From positions 23,982-87,981 of the forward strand of contig JAIOXK010000002.1 in the NCBI GenBank assembly GCA_021741645.1: 64,000 nucleotides of DNA, in the 5' to 3' direction. This DNA comes from Candidatus Nanopelagicales bacterium. GTDB lineage: Bacteria; Actinomycetota; Actinomycetes; S36-B12. How positions within the stretch are numbered: the first letter of the stretch is position 1; every line of letters starts with the position of its first letter. The position numbers were made by a program, and so were the translations under genes. This document shows, piece after piece, positions 9,286 to 19,354 of the stretch. The notes beneath the pieces are model-generated. The model searched no databases, was not told where the DNA came from, and was given only the letters and a program-made list of their open reading frames with translations.

Positions 9286-10553
9286 GCGGCCTCCTCCAGG
9301 GTTGCACCCGATCGGACAAGGCGATCGCGCAGCAAGTCGAAGGGAACCTCACCGACAAGGCATCGACGCCGCGCCGCCAACGCGGCCGACTCGCCAGCCG
9401 CTTGGCCCATGGCCATGCACGTGCCCATGGACCGGGCGCTCGCGTGGGCGGCGTGGGTCGCGGACAGGCAACGACCCGCCACGACGACGCCTTGGACCGT
9501 CGACGGGAGCAGCGTGGTCCATGGGACGCCGTAGACGCCCGAGCCCCCCACATGCAGCCACCTGGTTGTGTCAGAACTGAGATCCTCGACCGGTGCGCCG
9601 CACAGCGCGATCTGGTCTTCGCTCAACCTGCCCGAAAGGACGTCGTCCTCGGTGAGGGTACGGCGCCCCTCAACTCGTCGCGTCTCTCGCACCCCGGTCA
9701 TCGCGCCGATCGCGGAGATTCGAGCGGCTTCGAAGCCTGGCATCATCAATGTCAGGAAGTGCGCCCAGTCGTCGACCTGCAGCAGGGCATCCATCTCCAT
9801 GCGCCCGCACGAACATGGGTCATCAAGGTCGGGCGCGGCCACACGTGTGAGTGCGGTCAGTACGGTGCCGGGGATTCCGGACTCGTGCAGGCTGCCGCCA
9901 TTGCCCGGCAGGTTCATGCCGGACCGCCGGCCTGCGTCGACGAGTTCCTTTAGGTGTGGTCGGCCGAGCGCGCGGAAGCGTGCGATGTCAACAGGGGCCA
10001 TGCGGAACGTCAGGGTCGCAGGCTGGGTGAGTTCGGTATCAGGCTGCATGGGTCCACCGGCTCGAGCCACGAGATCCGCGTCACCGGTGGCGTCTACGAA
10101 GGTGTGTGCCTGCAGGCGGACCAAGCCGGCTCGCCCGGCGATGATGACGGCGGAGACGCGATCGTCGACCAGTACAGCATCGGCGACGACCGAGTGGAGC
10201 ATGGTGGTGACGCCCGCGTCACGCAGTAGCCGTGCCCAGACAAGCTTCAGCGTCTCGGGGTCGTAGGTGTAGCCGAGGCCTGAGCCGAAGCTGTTGGGGC
10301 GCTCGCGCAGCACGCCGCGTTCACGGAGCATCGTGACCGGCAGGTCCGGCAGTCCCGATACCACCTTGCGCCCATCCGCCCCCGCGGTGAAGAAGGCATA
10401 GAACGTGTCCAGCACCGCCGTGCTCGTGCCTCCAGGAAACGGGAGGCGATCCACGAGGACGGTCCGTGCGCCCGCCTGCGCGGCGGCGAGGGCGGCGATG
10501 CATCCTGCGGACCCGCCCCCCAGTACGGCCACGTCGAACTCCAGGGCAGTCAT
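9282..10553 (-). CDS. FAD-dependent oxidoreductase
   Basis: DVAVLGGGSAG, DATGDADL, GVRETRR, AGRCLSATH, MAMGQAAG. Confidence 0.88.
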   Translation of the reverse strand: MTALEFDVAVLGGGSAGCIAALAAAQAGARTVLVDRLPFPGGTSTAVLDTFYAFFTAGADGRKVVSGLPDLPVTMLRERGVLRERPNSFGSGLGYTYDPETLKLVWARLLRDAGVTTMLHSVVADAVLVDDRVSAVIIAGRAGLVRLQAHTFVDATGDADLVARAGGPMQPDTELTQPATLTFRMAPVDIARFRALGRPHLKELVDAGRRSGMNLPGNGGSLHESGIPGTVLTALTRVAAPDLDDPCSCGRMEMDALLQVDDWAHFLTLMMPGFEAARISAIGAMTGVRETRRVEGRRTLTEDDVLSGRLSEDQIALCGAPVEDLSSDTTRWLHVGGSGVYGVPWTTLLPSTVQGVVVAGRCLSATHAAHASARSMGTCMAMGQAAGESAALAARRRCLVGEVPFDLLRDRLVRSGATLEEAA

Positions 10554-11422
10554 GCGACGGCCACGTCCACGGCCGTGGCGATCGCGACGGATTCGCCCGC
10601 ATCCGGCATCCGCAGCGGCGGGCGCGGCCGGCCGCCGGGGAGTCCTCGCACGGAAGCACCCGCATGGAGTGCGCCGATGGTCGGAGATCGGAGGACGGCT
10701 GCCACCGCGTCGATCTTGAGCTGAATGCTTCGGGCGGCGTGGAGGTCAGCAGACTGCATGGCGTTGAACAGGCCCACGAAGAGCTCGGGCACGACGTTGG
10801 TGATGGTCGAGATCGTGCCCCGGGCACCCATCGCAAGCGCCGCCGTGTTGAGCGTGGAATTGGCCATCCACACCGGTACGCCTGCGGCTACCAGGGCGTG
10901 CATGTCGGCCACGGAGTCTGACGCCTGCTTGACACCGGCGATCAACCCTTCCGCATGCATGCTCTGTGCATGCGAGGGTCGCAGGTCGAAGCCCGTCGCG
11001 GGGGGGTTGTTGTAGGCGAGCAGCGGCAGGTCGGAAGCCGCGGCCAGGGCTCGGTAGTAGTCGGTCACCGCACGCGCATCGGGGCGGTAGTACACCGGCG
11101 GAACGCTGGAGATCGCATAGGCGCCAGCGTCCGCTGCATCCGCTGCGAGGTCCGCGGCCGTTTCAGTGGGCATTGCTCCGATGTGTGCCACCACGGCGAG
11201 CCGGTGGGCCGATGCCGCCGTGATCTCCCGCAGCAGAGCCTTGCGTTCGGCGGGCGTGAACATTGGGCCCTGCCCGGCTGTTCCCAGCACGAAGAGACCG
11301 ACCACGCCTGCCTGGACCTGTGCATCGACGAGCGGGCCGAGTGCATCGATGTCGACTGACCCATCGGGACGGCAGGGCGTGATGAGGGCGGTGATGGCTC
11401 CGGACAGCCGGGTGGTGTTCAC
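10550..11422 (-). CDS. DHDPS/N-acetylneuraminate lyase family aldolase
   Basis: GTAGQ, PPVYY, YNNP, catalytic K in GVKQA; GTG at 11422 overlaps the upstream stop. Confidence 0.88.
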   Translation of the reverse strand: MNTTRLSGAITALITPCRPDGSVDIDALGPLVDAQVQAGVVGLFVLGTAGQGPMFTPAERKALLREITAASAHRLAVVAHIGAMPTETAADLAADAADAGAYAISSVPPVYYRPDARAVTDYYRALAAASDLPLLAYNNPPATGFDLRPSHAQSMHAEGLIAGVKQASDSVADMHALVAAGVPVWMANSTLNTAALAMGARGTISTITNVVPELFVGLFNAMQSADLHAARSIQLKIDAVAAVLRSPTIGALHAGASVRGLPGGRPRPPLRMPDAGESVAIATAVDVAVA

Positions 11423-12492
11423 AGGGGGATCTCCTCGATCGGGACGGTGCGGCGCTGGGCCGCGGACTGGTAGCACGCCTCGACCAGGCGCAGGGTCTTC
11501 AGGTTGTCCCGTCCGCTGTTGGACGGCTCGGTGCCGGCGGCAATCGCATCGAAGAGTGCCCCCATGGTCCCGGCGAACGCGTCGGGGAACCACTTGCCCG
11601 TGAGGACGGGCTCGACCCACTCGGAAGCCGCGGCCGCGTTGGCGTACTTGATCTCGGAGTGCCCACCCGTGGGCCAGCCGATCCGACCGAGCGCGATGGC
11701 GTCGGTGCCCTCAATCCGCCACGTGACGGACCAATCGGGTAGCCAGGGGAAGCCGTCATCCAGGCTCATCGCCAGCATCCCGTTGGGATAGTGCAGCGTG
11801 TAGGAGGCTATGGACTCTCCCGGCCATGGTTGCCCGGGATAGCGGGTGGTGATGCAGGTGACGGCATCCGGCTCTCCGAACAGGAGTCGGTACTGGTCGA
11901 GGTGGTGGATGGACATTCCCAGCACCATGAGCCGGGGGTACGCGGCGCTCTCCCAGAATGTCTGCCAGGGCTGTCGCGTCCGCAGCTCCATGGTGGCCAG
12001 GACGAGGTGTCCGAACACCCCCTGGTCGATGAGGGCCTTCGCCGCCCTGATCGACGGGTCGAAGCGCCCGTTCTGGTTCACCGCGAAGACGATGCCGGCA
12101 TCGTCGGCTTCCTCGACGAGGGCGCGGGCCGTGTCGAGATCGAGGGCCATGGGCTTTTGGACGAGCACGTGCTTGCCGGCTGCGAAGGCTGCTCTGCACA
12201 CCTCGGGCTGGAGGTGCACCGGCAGGCTGATGTCGATGACGTCGACATCGTCTGCATCGATGACCTCGTGCCAATCGCCGGTGGCGACGGGGATGTCGAA
12301 CTGCTCGGCGGCCGCCTGGGCGCCCGCTCCGGTGCGCGACGCGATGCGGCTGACCTGCCAGCCGCGCTGCGCGTACGCGGGCAGGTGCGATCCGGTCACG
12401 ATGCCGCCGGCGCCAATCAAGCCGATGCGATACGCGCGCTGCGGCTCGGGGATCACTAGGTCGAGGGGGTCGCGAGCGGGGTGGCTGGTCAC
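11419..12492 (-). CDS. Gfo/Idh/MocA family oxidoreductase
   Basis: IGLIGAGGI, GKHVLVQKP, NQNGRF, IHHLD; GTG start at 12492. Confidence 0.88.
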   Translation of the reverse strand: MTSHPARDPLDLVIPEPQRAYRIGLIGAGGIVTGSHLPAYAQRGWQVSRIASRTGAGAQAAAEQFDIPVATGDWHEVIDADDVDVIDISLPVHLQPEVCRAAFAAGKHVLVQKPMALDLDTARALVEEADDAGIVFAVNQNGRFDPSIRAAKALIDQGVFGHLVLATMELRTRQPWQTFWESAAYPRLMVLGMSIHHLDQYRLLFGEPDAVTCITTRYPGQPWPGESIASYTLHYPNGMLAMSLDDGFPWLPDWSVTWRIEGTDAIALGRIGWPTGGHSEIKYANAAAASEWVEPVLTGKWFPDAFAGTMGALFDAIAAGTEPSNSGRDNLKTLRLVEACYQSAAQRRTVPIEEIPL

Positions 12493-13571
12493 AGGGTGAC
12501 CGTCCGTCCCTGTGCGCTCGAGGTGTAGAGCGCCTGGATGGTCTCGACGATGTCGAGGGCGTGACTGACGGGGATCTCGGCCGGGTTTCCCGAGCGGATA
12601 TCTGCGATGAACCTCTGCAGCTCGGCCCGGTAGAACGCCCGGTGTTGCACGGCGTGCCACACGTGCTTGGCCTCGTGATCCAACCAGGACACGTTGAACT
12701 GGGTGGCCTCGTGACGGTTCCAGCCGGCCGCATAGCCACCGGCCGCCTCTCGCACGAAGACGGCGAAACGCTCGGGGAGAGGTCCGGCCTCGACCGTGCC
12801 GCGCTCGCCGTACAGTGCGAGCTGCCATGTCTCCAGCCACTCGTTGGCCTCCCAGCCGACGAGCGTCAGGGTGGCTACCTTGTCGGGCCAGGCCAGGGTG
12901 CAGGCTGCGGCATCCTCGTAGCGGTGGCCGTGCTGCTCGGTGAGATCGTCGTACTTGGCAACGTGCGCGGTAACTGACGTCGGGCGGCCGAACAGGTCGA
13001 TGATGAGGTCGATCATGTGGCAGCCGTCCTCGAAAAGGACCCCGCCGATGTCGGTCTCCAGGTTGAACCACGGCGTGATTGCGTCTGGGGCCGGAACGGA
13101 GACGTGGAAGCGGGCAGCGATGACGCGCCCCAAGGTGCCATCGGCGAGCAGGGCCTTGAGCCTTACTTGGACCGGTGTCTGACGGACCATGTAGCCGACC
13201 GTCACATACCCGTCGGTCTCATCCACGACACCGGCGAGCTCGCGCAGCGCCGCTGGGGTGTTGCCTCCCGGCTTCTCGAGCAGGACCTTCTTGCCTGCGC
13301 GAAGTGCCTTCGCCGCGAGCCCGGCCATGTTCTGGGTCCAGGACTCGACGATCACGGCATCGATGTCGGATCTCGCGAGGAGCTCGTCGACGTCATCCAT
13401 GCGCTCGACGCTGTATCGCTCGGCAAAGGTTGCGGCGTTGGCATCGTCCTCGTCGTCCCACACGGCAACGAGGCGGACGTCGTCCATGTCGCTGAGCAGG
13501 TCGGCGCGCGTGTAGACGTGCGGGTGAGTAACGGCGAGGAAGCCGATGCCGATCGGCTGCGTGTCAGTCAT
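12489..13571 (-). CDS. Gfo/Idh/MocA family oxidoreductase
   Basis: GKKVLLEKPG, GGVLFEDGCHMID. Confidence 0.88.
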   Translation of the reverse strand: MTDTQPIGIGFLAVTHPHVYTRADLLSDMDDVRLVAVWDDEDDANAATFAERYSVERMDDVDELLARSDIDAVIVESWTQNMAGLAAKALRAGKKVLLEKPGGNTPAALRELAGVVDETDGYVTVGYMVRQTPVQVRLKALLADGTLGRVIAARFHVSVPAPDAITPWFNLETDIGGVLFEDGCHMIDLIIDLFGRPTSVTAHVAKYDDLTEQHGHRYEDAAACTLAWPDKVATLTLVGWEANEWLETWQLALYGERGTVEAGPLPERFAVFVREAAGGYAAGWNRHEATQFNVSWLDHEAKHVWHAVQHRAFYRAELQRFIADIRSGNPAEIPVSHALDIVETIQALYTSSAQGRTVTL

Positions 13572-13648
13572 GGTTGTCTCCGGGGGTCGTGATCCTGGTG
13601 GGGCCGCTGGGGCAGCCTCTCGTGAAGGCTGCCCCAGCGGGGTGTCTT

Positions 13649-14737
13649 TCAGCTACCGCAAGGCGCTTCGAGCGCGAACGCCGTGGACTCCTCGGTCGGC
13701 ACCCAGGGCTGGGCATCGGCGAGGTTGTCGGCCGTGACGACGACGGTCGGCGTGTTGCATAGCGTCGGATCCGGCACTGTGCCTTCGCGCAGGAAGTCGA
13801 CCAGGCGCACCAGCGCCATCTGGGCCTCCTGAGCGGGGCTCCAGGCGACAGTCGCGGCGATCTCGCCGCTCTCGATCGCCGCGATCCCATCCGGGCTGCC
13901 GTTCTGGCTCACGACTGTGACCTGATCCTCTTTGCCCGCTGCCTTGATCGCGGCGACGGCGCCGAGGGCCATGTCCTCGTTCTGGACGAACACGGCTGCC
14001 AGGTCCGGATTCGCCGTGAGCACGTCGGCCATCGCTGCCTGCGCCTTCGCTCGATCCCAGCTGGCCTCGGGCGTGGCCACGACTGTGAGCTTCGGGTTGG
14101 CGGCGAGTGCGGCGGTGAAGCTCTCCGTGTACGCCTCCGCGTCACCGCGGCCAAGTGCACCCTGAATGATGGCCACTTCGCCCTCCGCGACGTTGGCGGC
14201 GACCCAGTCGCCCGCCTGCTGGCCCGTGACAGTCACGGGAGCCTGGATGAAGACCAATCCGTCTTCCTCGATGGCTGCGTCGTAGCCGTACAGCACGGCG
14301 ACGGGAATGCCTGCTTCCTTCGCCTTGGCCAGATCAGCCTCGAGTGAGGACTTGCCCACGGAGAAGACGATGAGGCCGTCGACGCCCTGCGAGATCGCAT
14401 CCTCGACGTTGGCGATCTCCTTCTCGGGCTTGCCGTCAGAGTTGAACACGGAGATGGTCGCCCCGAGCGACGGAGCAGCGGCGTTTGCACCGTCGACGCC
14501 ACGGACGTAGTAGTCGTAGGGACCGGTCTGGATGTATCCGATGGTGAGCGGCTCGGCGCTCGGGCTTTCGCTCGCGGCGGGGGTTTCGGCGGCCGCCGAG
14601 GATGCCGGCGCCTCGCTGGGCGCCTCGGCGCTGGACGAAGTGGAGGAGCTGCTGCTGCCGCATGCGGCGAGCAGGGTGGCCGCTGCGGCGGCGACCGCCA
14701 GTGACCATCCGCGGTGGCGGCGTGATGCGTTCTGCAC
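13649..14737 (-). CDS. Sugar ABC transporter substrate-binding lipoprotein (RbsB-like)
   Basis: Signal peptide with LAAC lipobox, Ser/Ala/Glu linker, QNEDMALGA. Confidence 0.9.
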   Translation of the reverse strand: MQNASRRHRGWSLAVAAAAATLLAACGSSSSSTSSSAEAPSEAPASSAAAETPAASESPSAEPLTIGYIQTGPYDYYVRGVDGANAAAPSLGATISVFNSDGKPEKEIANVEDAISQGVDGLIVFSVGKSSLEADLAKAKEAGIPVAVLYGYDAAIEEDGLVFIQAPVTVTGQQAGDWVAANVAEGEVAIIQGALGRGDAEAYTESFTAALAANPKLTVVATPEASWDRAKAQAAMADVLTANPDLAAVFVQNEDMALGAVAAIKAAGKEDQVTVVSQNGSPDGIAAIESGEIAATVAWSPAQEAQMALVRLVDFLREGTVPDPTLCNTPTVVVTADNLADAQPWVPTEESTAFALEAPCGS

Positions 14738-14765
14738 GGGCTTGCCTTTCTGTTGGTGGATGGGA

Positions 14766-15737
14766 CTAGCGGGAGCGCTGGCTCATGACGGCGACGACGA
14801 TGACGAGGCCCTGGAAGACGTACTGGTAGGCCCCGGAAACGCCAAGGAGATTCAGGGAGTTGCTGATGACGCCGAGCAGGAGGACGCCGAGGATGGTTCC
14901 GGCGATTCCGCCGCGGCCTCCGGCCAACGGCGTTCCGCCAACCGCGACGGCGGCGATCGCCTGCAGTTCGTATCCGTTGCCCATCAGGGGCTGAGCGCTG
15001 GCGATCCTGGACATCAGGACGATGGCCGCGATCGCGACGATCAGCCCGTTTGCGGCGTACAGGAGGACCTTGAGGCGGCGAACGGGAACCCCGGCGAGGC
15101 GGGTGGCCTGTTCGCTGCCACCCAGGGCGTACAGGCGGCGTCCGAAGACCGTGAACCGCAGCACGATGGCGACGACGACGAGCACGAGGACCGCCGTCCA
15201 GACGGGCTTGGGGATGCCGAGGAATCGGCCGGCGCCGAAGTCGACCAACGCTTCATCGATGCTCGAGATCGGGGATCCACCGGTGACGGCGATGGCCAGT
15301 CCTTGAAGGACGATTGCCATGCCCAGCGTGATGATGAAGGGGTGGTTGGTCGAGTAGGCGGCCAGCGTGCCGTTGACCGCGCCTATTCCCATCCCGATGA
15401 GTGCGGCAAGACCGAGGGCGGGGAGGAGCCCCATGCCTGATTGCATGAAGGTGGCGGCGCTGACCCCGACGAGGCTCATGGCGGCACCGATCGACAGGTC
15501 GATTCCCCCGGCAACCATCAGCATGGTGGTCCCCGCCGCGGCGATGGACAGGACGGACACCTGCAGGAACACGTTCCGCAGGTTGTCCACGCTGAGGAAC
15601 ACATCCGAACGTGTCGCCGTGATGACGCACAGGATGAGCAGGACAGCCGTGAGGGCGAGGAGCGCGGAATGCGGCCGAGCCCAGTCCTTGACGCGATCCG
15701 CGGTCGTGGGCTGCATGGTCATCGTTGCAGTGGTCAT
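14766..15737 (-). CDS. Sugar ABC transporter permease (RbsC-like)
   Basis: GGIDLSIG, PFIITLG, YELQAIAAVAVGGT. Confidence 0.92.
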   Translation of the reverse strand: MTTATMTMQPTTADRVKDWARPHSALLALTAVLLILCVITATRSDVFLSVDNLRNVFLQVSVLSIAAAGTTMLMVAGGIDLSIGAAMSLVGVSAATFMQSGMGLLPALGLAALIGMGIGAVNGTLAAYSTNHPFIITLGMAIVLQGLAIAVTGGSPISSIDEALVDFGAGRFLGIPKPVWTAVLVLVVVAIVLRFTVFGRRLYALGGSEQATRLAGVPVRRLKVLLYAANGLIVAIAAIVLMSRIASAQPLMGNGYELQAIAAVAVGGTPLAGGRGGIAGTILGVLLLGVISNSLNLLGVSGAYQYVFQGLVIVVAVMSQRSR

Positions 15738-17230
15738 GAGGCTTCCAGACTTGCTCCGACGGCCGCGGCCATCAGGAGCGTCGGGTTGTAGGGAGGTTGG
15801 AATGTCGCCACGGCGTGCCCTCTCTCCAGGACGGTGATGCGGTCCGACAGGGCCATGAGTTCGGGCAGGTCGCTGCTGACGAGCAACACGGCCGTACCGG
15901 TGACGGTCACTTTCTGGATGGCCTGGTGGATGTCTTCCTTTGCTGAGACGTCGACGCCGCGCGTGGGCTCGTCGAGTACGAGGACGACCGGGTCGAGGCC
16001 CAGGGCACGCCCGAGGACGAGTTTCTGCTGGTTCCCGCCGCTGAGCTGGCGCGCGGTCATGCGGGGCCGTCGCGGTCTCACGTCGAGTTCGTCGAGGGTC
16101 GTGGATGCCTGGCGAATCTCGGCGCGCATGGTCAGGAACCCCGAGGCAGAGGGCAGACGAGGGAATACGACGTTAGTGGCCTGCGACGCGTCTCCGAAGA
16201 GGCTGTCCCGCCAGCGATCCTCCGGCGCGAAGGCAACGCCACGGCTCATGGCGGACCTGGGGTTCGCCGGAGAGTAGGGCGTCCCCGCAAGGGTCATCTG
16301 TCCCGATTGAACGGGTGCGATGCCGGCGACCACGGACGCCAGTCGGCTTCGGCTCGAGCCGACGATTCCAGCGATGCCATGGATCTCGCCGGGCCGGATG
16401 TCCAGGCTCACCGACCGCAGCCGTCCCGACGAGACGTCGGACAGGACCAGCACGGGCGCCTCGCCGATTCGGTCAGCGCTCGCCCTGACAAGGGCAGCGT
16501 CGACGTCCCGGCCGGCCATCGCAGACGCCAGCCCGTGTGCGTCGAAGCTCGACGTCTCGCCCGAGGCGACACGTCGCCCGTCACGTAGGACGACGACGTC
16601 GTCCGTGATTTCCAGGATCTCGTCCAGTCGATGGCTGACGTAGGCGACAGCGGCGCCTTTGGCGGCCAGCGACCTGGTGATGTCGAACAGGCGTGCGACT
16701 TCCAGGGGGGTCAGGCACGCCGTGGGTTCGTCGAAGAACAGCACCTTGGCGCCCGACCCAAGTGCACGGGCGATCTCCACGAGCTGCCGGTCGGCTGGCC
16801 GGAGGTCTCCCACCCTGGTTGCGGGATCGAGTGGAGCGGCGACGTCAGCCAGCCATTGCGTGGCCAGGGCCCGGCGTTGACGGCGCCGAACCAGCCCGAC
16901 GCGTGACGGCTCGATGCCCAGAAGCAGGTTCTCCTCAATGGACAGTTCCGGGACCAGCACCGGTTCCTGCCGAATGGCAGCGATGCCGAGGCGCAGTGCT
17001 ACTGACGGTGTGAGGCTGGCGAGCGTTCCGCCCATCGTGGTGATCTCGCCCGAGTCCGGTCGCGTGGACCCGGTCAAGACCGAGATCAGGGTGGACTTGC
17101 CCGCGCCGTTCTCACCAATCAGGGCCAGTACTCTGCCGGAGTTCAGCGCGACGTCGACATGGTCGAGGGCAACAGCGCCGCCGAAGCGCTTGCTGACGCC
17201 AGTGCAGGACAGCACCGCCTGGCCGTTCAC
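15734..17230 (-). CDS. Sugar ABC transporter ATP-binding protein (RbsA-like, two NBDs)
   Basis: GENGAGKST, FDEPT, LSGGNQQK, DEPTRGVD; GTG start at 17230. Confidence 0.92.
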   Translation of the reverse strand: MNGQAVLSCTGVSKRFGGAVALDHVDVALNSGRVLALIGENGAGKSTLISVLTGSTRPDSGEITTMGGTLASLTPSVALRLGIAAIRQEPVLVPELSIEENLLLGIEPSRVGLVRRRQRRALATQWLADVAAPLDPATRVGDLRPADRQLVEIARALGSGAKVLFFDEPTACLTPLEVARLFDITRSLAAKGAAVAYVSHRLDEILEITDDVVVLRDGRRVASGETSSFDAHGLASAMAGRDVDAALVRASADRIGEAPVLVLSDVSSGRLRSVSLDIRPGEIHGIAGIVGSSRSRLASVVAGIAPVQSGQMTLAGTPYSPANPRSAMSRGVAFAPEDRWRDSLFGDASQATNVVFPRLPSASGFLTMRAEIRQASTTLDELDVRPRRPRMTARQLSGGNQQKLVLGRALGLDPVVLVLDEPTRGVDVSAKEDIHQAIQKVTVTGTAVLLVSSDLPELMALSDRITVLERGHAVATFQPPYNPTLLMAAAVGASLEAS

Positions 17231-18024
17231 AGGACACCCACCCGCAGGGGATGCTCGGCTGAGGTACCGGCCGACAGCGTGGCGCTCGCATTGAGGTCGA
17301 TGCCGAAAGAGCACATATCGCCTCGCGCCTGCCGAAGCGTGTACTCCAACGGCACACCGTCGGCAGTCTGGGTCGTGCGCAGTGTTGACAAGAGTGCCGC
17401 CGCGATCGGCACCCCCAATAGGCGCGCCGCATCGCGATCGGCGTTGATGGCAATGATGGTCTCCTGCCCGCGGGCGGCGATCAGGCCCCAGCGCTCCTCA
17501 AGGACCCGATAGAGACTGCCCTCCAGGTCGGCGGCTGCGAGCCCCGGCGCCAAGGCCGCCGCGAGGTGGGTGGTTTCGATCATGCACGGTTCCCCGCGAA
17601 GAAGGCGGAGCCGTTCGATCCGCAGTACCTCCGCCCCATCCTGAAGTCCAAGCCCGCGGGCGACCGAGCCGACGGCGGAGGTCGACTCCAGTCGCAGCAG
17701 TCGGGTCACGGGCTCCAGGCCCCGAGCGCGCATGGCCTCGGTGAATCCCACAGGGCGGCTCAGCTCAGTCGTCACACGGGGTCCGGCGATGAATGTTCCC
17801 TTGCCGCGCGCCGAATAGACCAGGCCTTCGCCGACGAGGTCCCCCACGGCCTTACGCGCCGTTGCGCGGCTGACACCCGTGTAGGCCATGAGTTCCGTCT
17901 CCGACGGCATCAAGGTGCCGGCTGGGAGATCACGGCAGGCCTCGCGCAGCCGGTCCGCCAACTGTGCGTACAGCGGCGTGAAGCTGTCCGACGACAGCTC
18001 CAAACGTGCACGCCAGTCCATCAA
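17227..18024 (-). CDS. GntR (HutC/UTRA) transcriptional regulator, paralog of 5060-5860
   Basis: PLYAQLADRLR, PSETEL, GKGTF, UTRA domain; C-terminus closely resembles the 5060 protein. Confidence 0.9.
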   Translation of the reverse strand: MMDWRARLELSSDSFTPLYAQLADRLREACRDLPAGTLMPSETELMAYTGVSRATARKAVGDLVGEGLVYSARGKGTFIAGPRVTTELSRPVGFTEAMRARGLEPVTRLLRLESTSAVGSVARGLGLQDGAEVLRIERLRLLRGEPCMIETTHLAAALAPGLAAADLEGSLYRVLEERWGLIAARGQETIIAINADRDAARLLGVPIAAALLSTLRTTQTADGVPLEYTLRQARGDMCSFGIDLNASATLSAGTSAEHPLRVGVL

Positions 18025-18026
18025 TC

Positions 18027-18077
18027 CTCCGGTTATTCGAATAACCGGAGATTAGGTCACGAGCGTGTGAGTGTCAA
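18027..18077 (-). promoter_or_regulatory. Sigma70-type promoter with overlapping 24-bp palindromic operator
   Basis: Minus strand TTGACA (18077-18072), 17 nt, TAATCT (18054-18049); perfect palindrome CTCCGGTTATTCGAATAACCGGAG at 18027-18050. Confidence 0.75.
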
Positions 18078-18300
18078 CAACTGCGCCAGAATAGTTCGGA
18101 TGTCCGAATATTCGAGCAGGGCGCCTCCCACATGGCCTGTGTGGCAAGTGGGGTTCGGGGTCGCCGACCGTCGCGAGTCGAATGCGTGCCACGGCGGACC
18201 GAAGCGCCACAGGTTTGATGTCGCGCCCAATCGGGGCGTGAACACCCTGGAAGCGGCGGCCCCCAGAGGCCGACGCCACGGTCTCCAGCAATCAAGTCAC

Positions 18301-18603
18301 CTCGACCTACGCATTCCGTGCGTAGGTCGAGCGAAATGCCGTTCAGACCGGGGCATTTCCGGGGCATTTGGGGATGGGAACCGGACGAATCGGACCCCTT
18401 GACGAGGGTCTTGGATCGCCGTAACCTGTTGCAGCGCAACGGATTTTGACGCAGAGCCGCCTCGGGGATTTGAACCCCGGACCTACGCATTACGAGCCGT
18501 TCGCAGGCCCCCTAAGACCACGTTCTTACTCGTGCACGCTCCGGCATACCCCGCCATCGGCGGCCATGTGCACGCCATGTTCCGGGTCATTTCCGGGGCA
18601 TTT
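18301..18603. repeat. attP-like junction unit, copy 2
   Basis: Inverted repeat 18301-18331, CCGGGGCATTT x2 (18348-18369), tRNA-Thr 3' half, CCGGG(T/G)CATTT x2 (18582-18603). Confidence 0.9.
18454..18496 (-). tRNA. 3'-half fragment of tRNA-Thr(CGT); att core, not a functional tRNA
   Basis: Reverse complement CTCGTAATGCGTAGGTCCGGGGTTCAAATCCCCGAGGCGGCTC; no 5' half. Confidence 0.85.
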
Positions 18604-18662
18604 GCCCGAGACGGATCCACGCCCGTCATGCAGCCGGCCGTGGGGAGTAGCGATTGTCGGGG

Positions 18663-18995
18663 CTACAGCGCCTGCGCGACGGTCAGTAGGACGGCGCAGT
18701 CCTCGAGTGCGTGCAGGCCGTGTCGCTCGTCCGGTATGACCGCGATGTCTCCCGCGGCCAGCTGGCTCGCATCGGTCGTGGTCGTCAGGCGCACGAGGCC
18801 CGTGAGGACCTGGATGGTCGCCTCGCCGGGGCTCTCGTGCTCTGCCAGCTCCTGGCGGGCGGCGAGGGCGATCAGTGTCTGCCGCAGCGCGTGGTCATGG
18901 CCGCCGAATACGGTGTGGGCGCTGCGGCCGCTGCTGGCCGTCCGGGCCAGGGCCAGGTGCTCCTGTGCGAGTGCGGTGAGCGAGATGGCTTCCAT
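18663..18995 (-). CDS. Cupin domain protein
   Basis: LAEHESPGEATIQVLTG...IPDERHGLHALED; ATG at 18995 after an AAGG RBS. Confidence 0.8.
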   Translation of the reverse strand: MEAISLTALAQEHLALARTASSGRSAHTVFGGHDHALRQTLIALAARQELAEHESPGEATIQVLTGLVRLTTTTDASQLAAGDIAVIPDERHGLHALEDCAVLLTVAQAL

Positions 18996-19045
18996 TGTGT
19001 GCCTTTCGATTGTCGTGCCGGGAATTGCCATGGGTCCGGGGCCGA

Positions 19046-19354
19046 TCAGGTGACGTCGACGTGGACGAGGCCGTCGATGATGCGTACCGGGAACGTGCGC
19101 ACGGGTTCGGTGGCCGGAAGGCTGAGCGCTGCGCCAGTGCGCAGATCGAATCGTGATCCGTGCAGCCAGCACTCGATCGTGCTGCCATCCACCTCGCCTT
19201 CGGACAGCGGGACGGCGCCGTGAGTGCATTCGTCGCGCAGCGCGAAGACCCCCTCCGCAGTTCGGACGATGCAGACGTCGATCCCGGCGACGCGGACGCC
19301 GACGGGCTCGCCGATGGCCGCGCTGTTGAGGTCACACGCCGGCTGCCACGTCAT
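19046..19354 (-). CDS. Rieske [2Fe-2S] ferredoxin
   Basis: CTH...CWLHGSRFDLRTG. Confidence 0.9.
   Translation of the reverse strand: MTWQPACDLNSAAIGEPVGVRVAGIDVCIVRTAEGVFALRDECTHGAVPLSEGEVDGSTIECWLHGSRFDLRTGAALSLPATEPVRTFPVRIIDGLVHVDVT

Noticed and set aside
18454..18540. Intact tRNA-Thr genes at the three repeats
   Set aside because: Similarity stops at the anticodon loop; there is no D arm or 5' acceptor strand.
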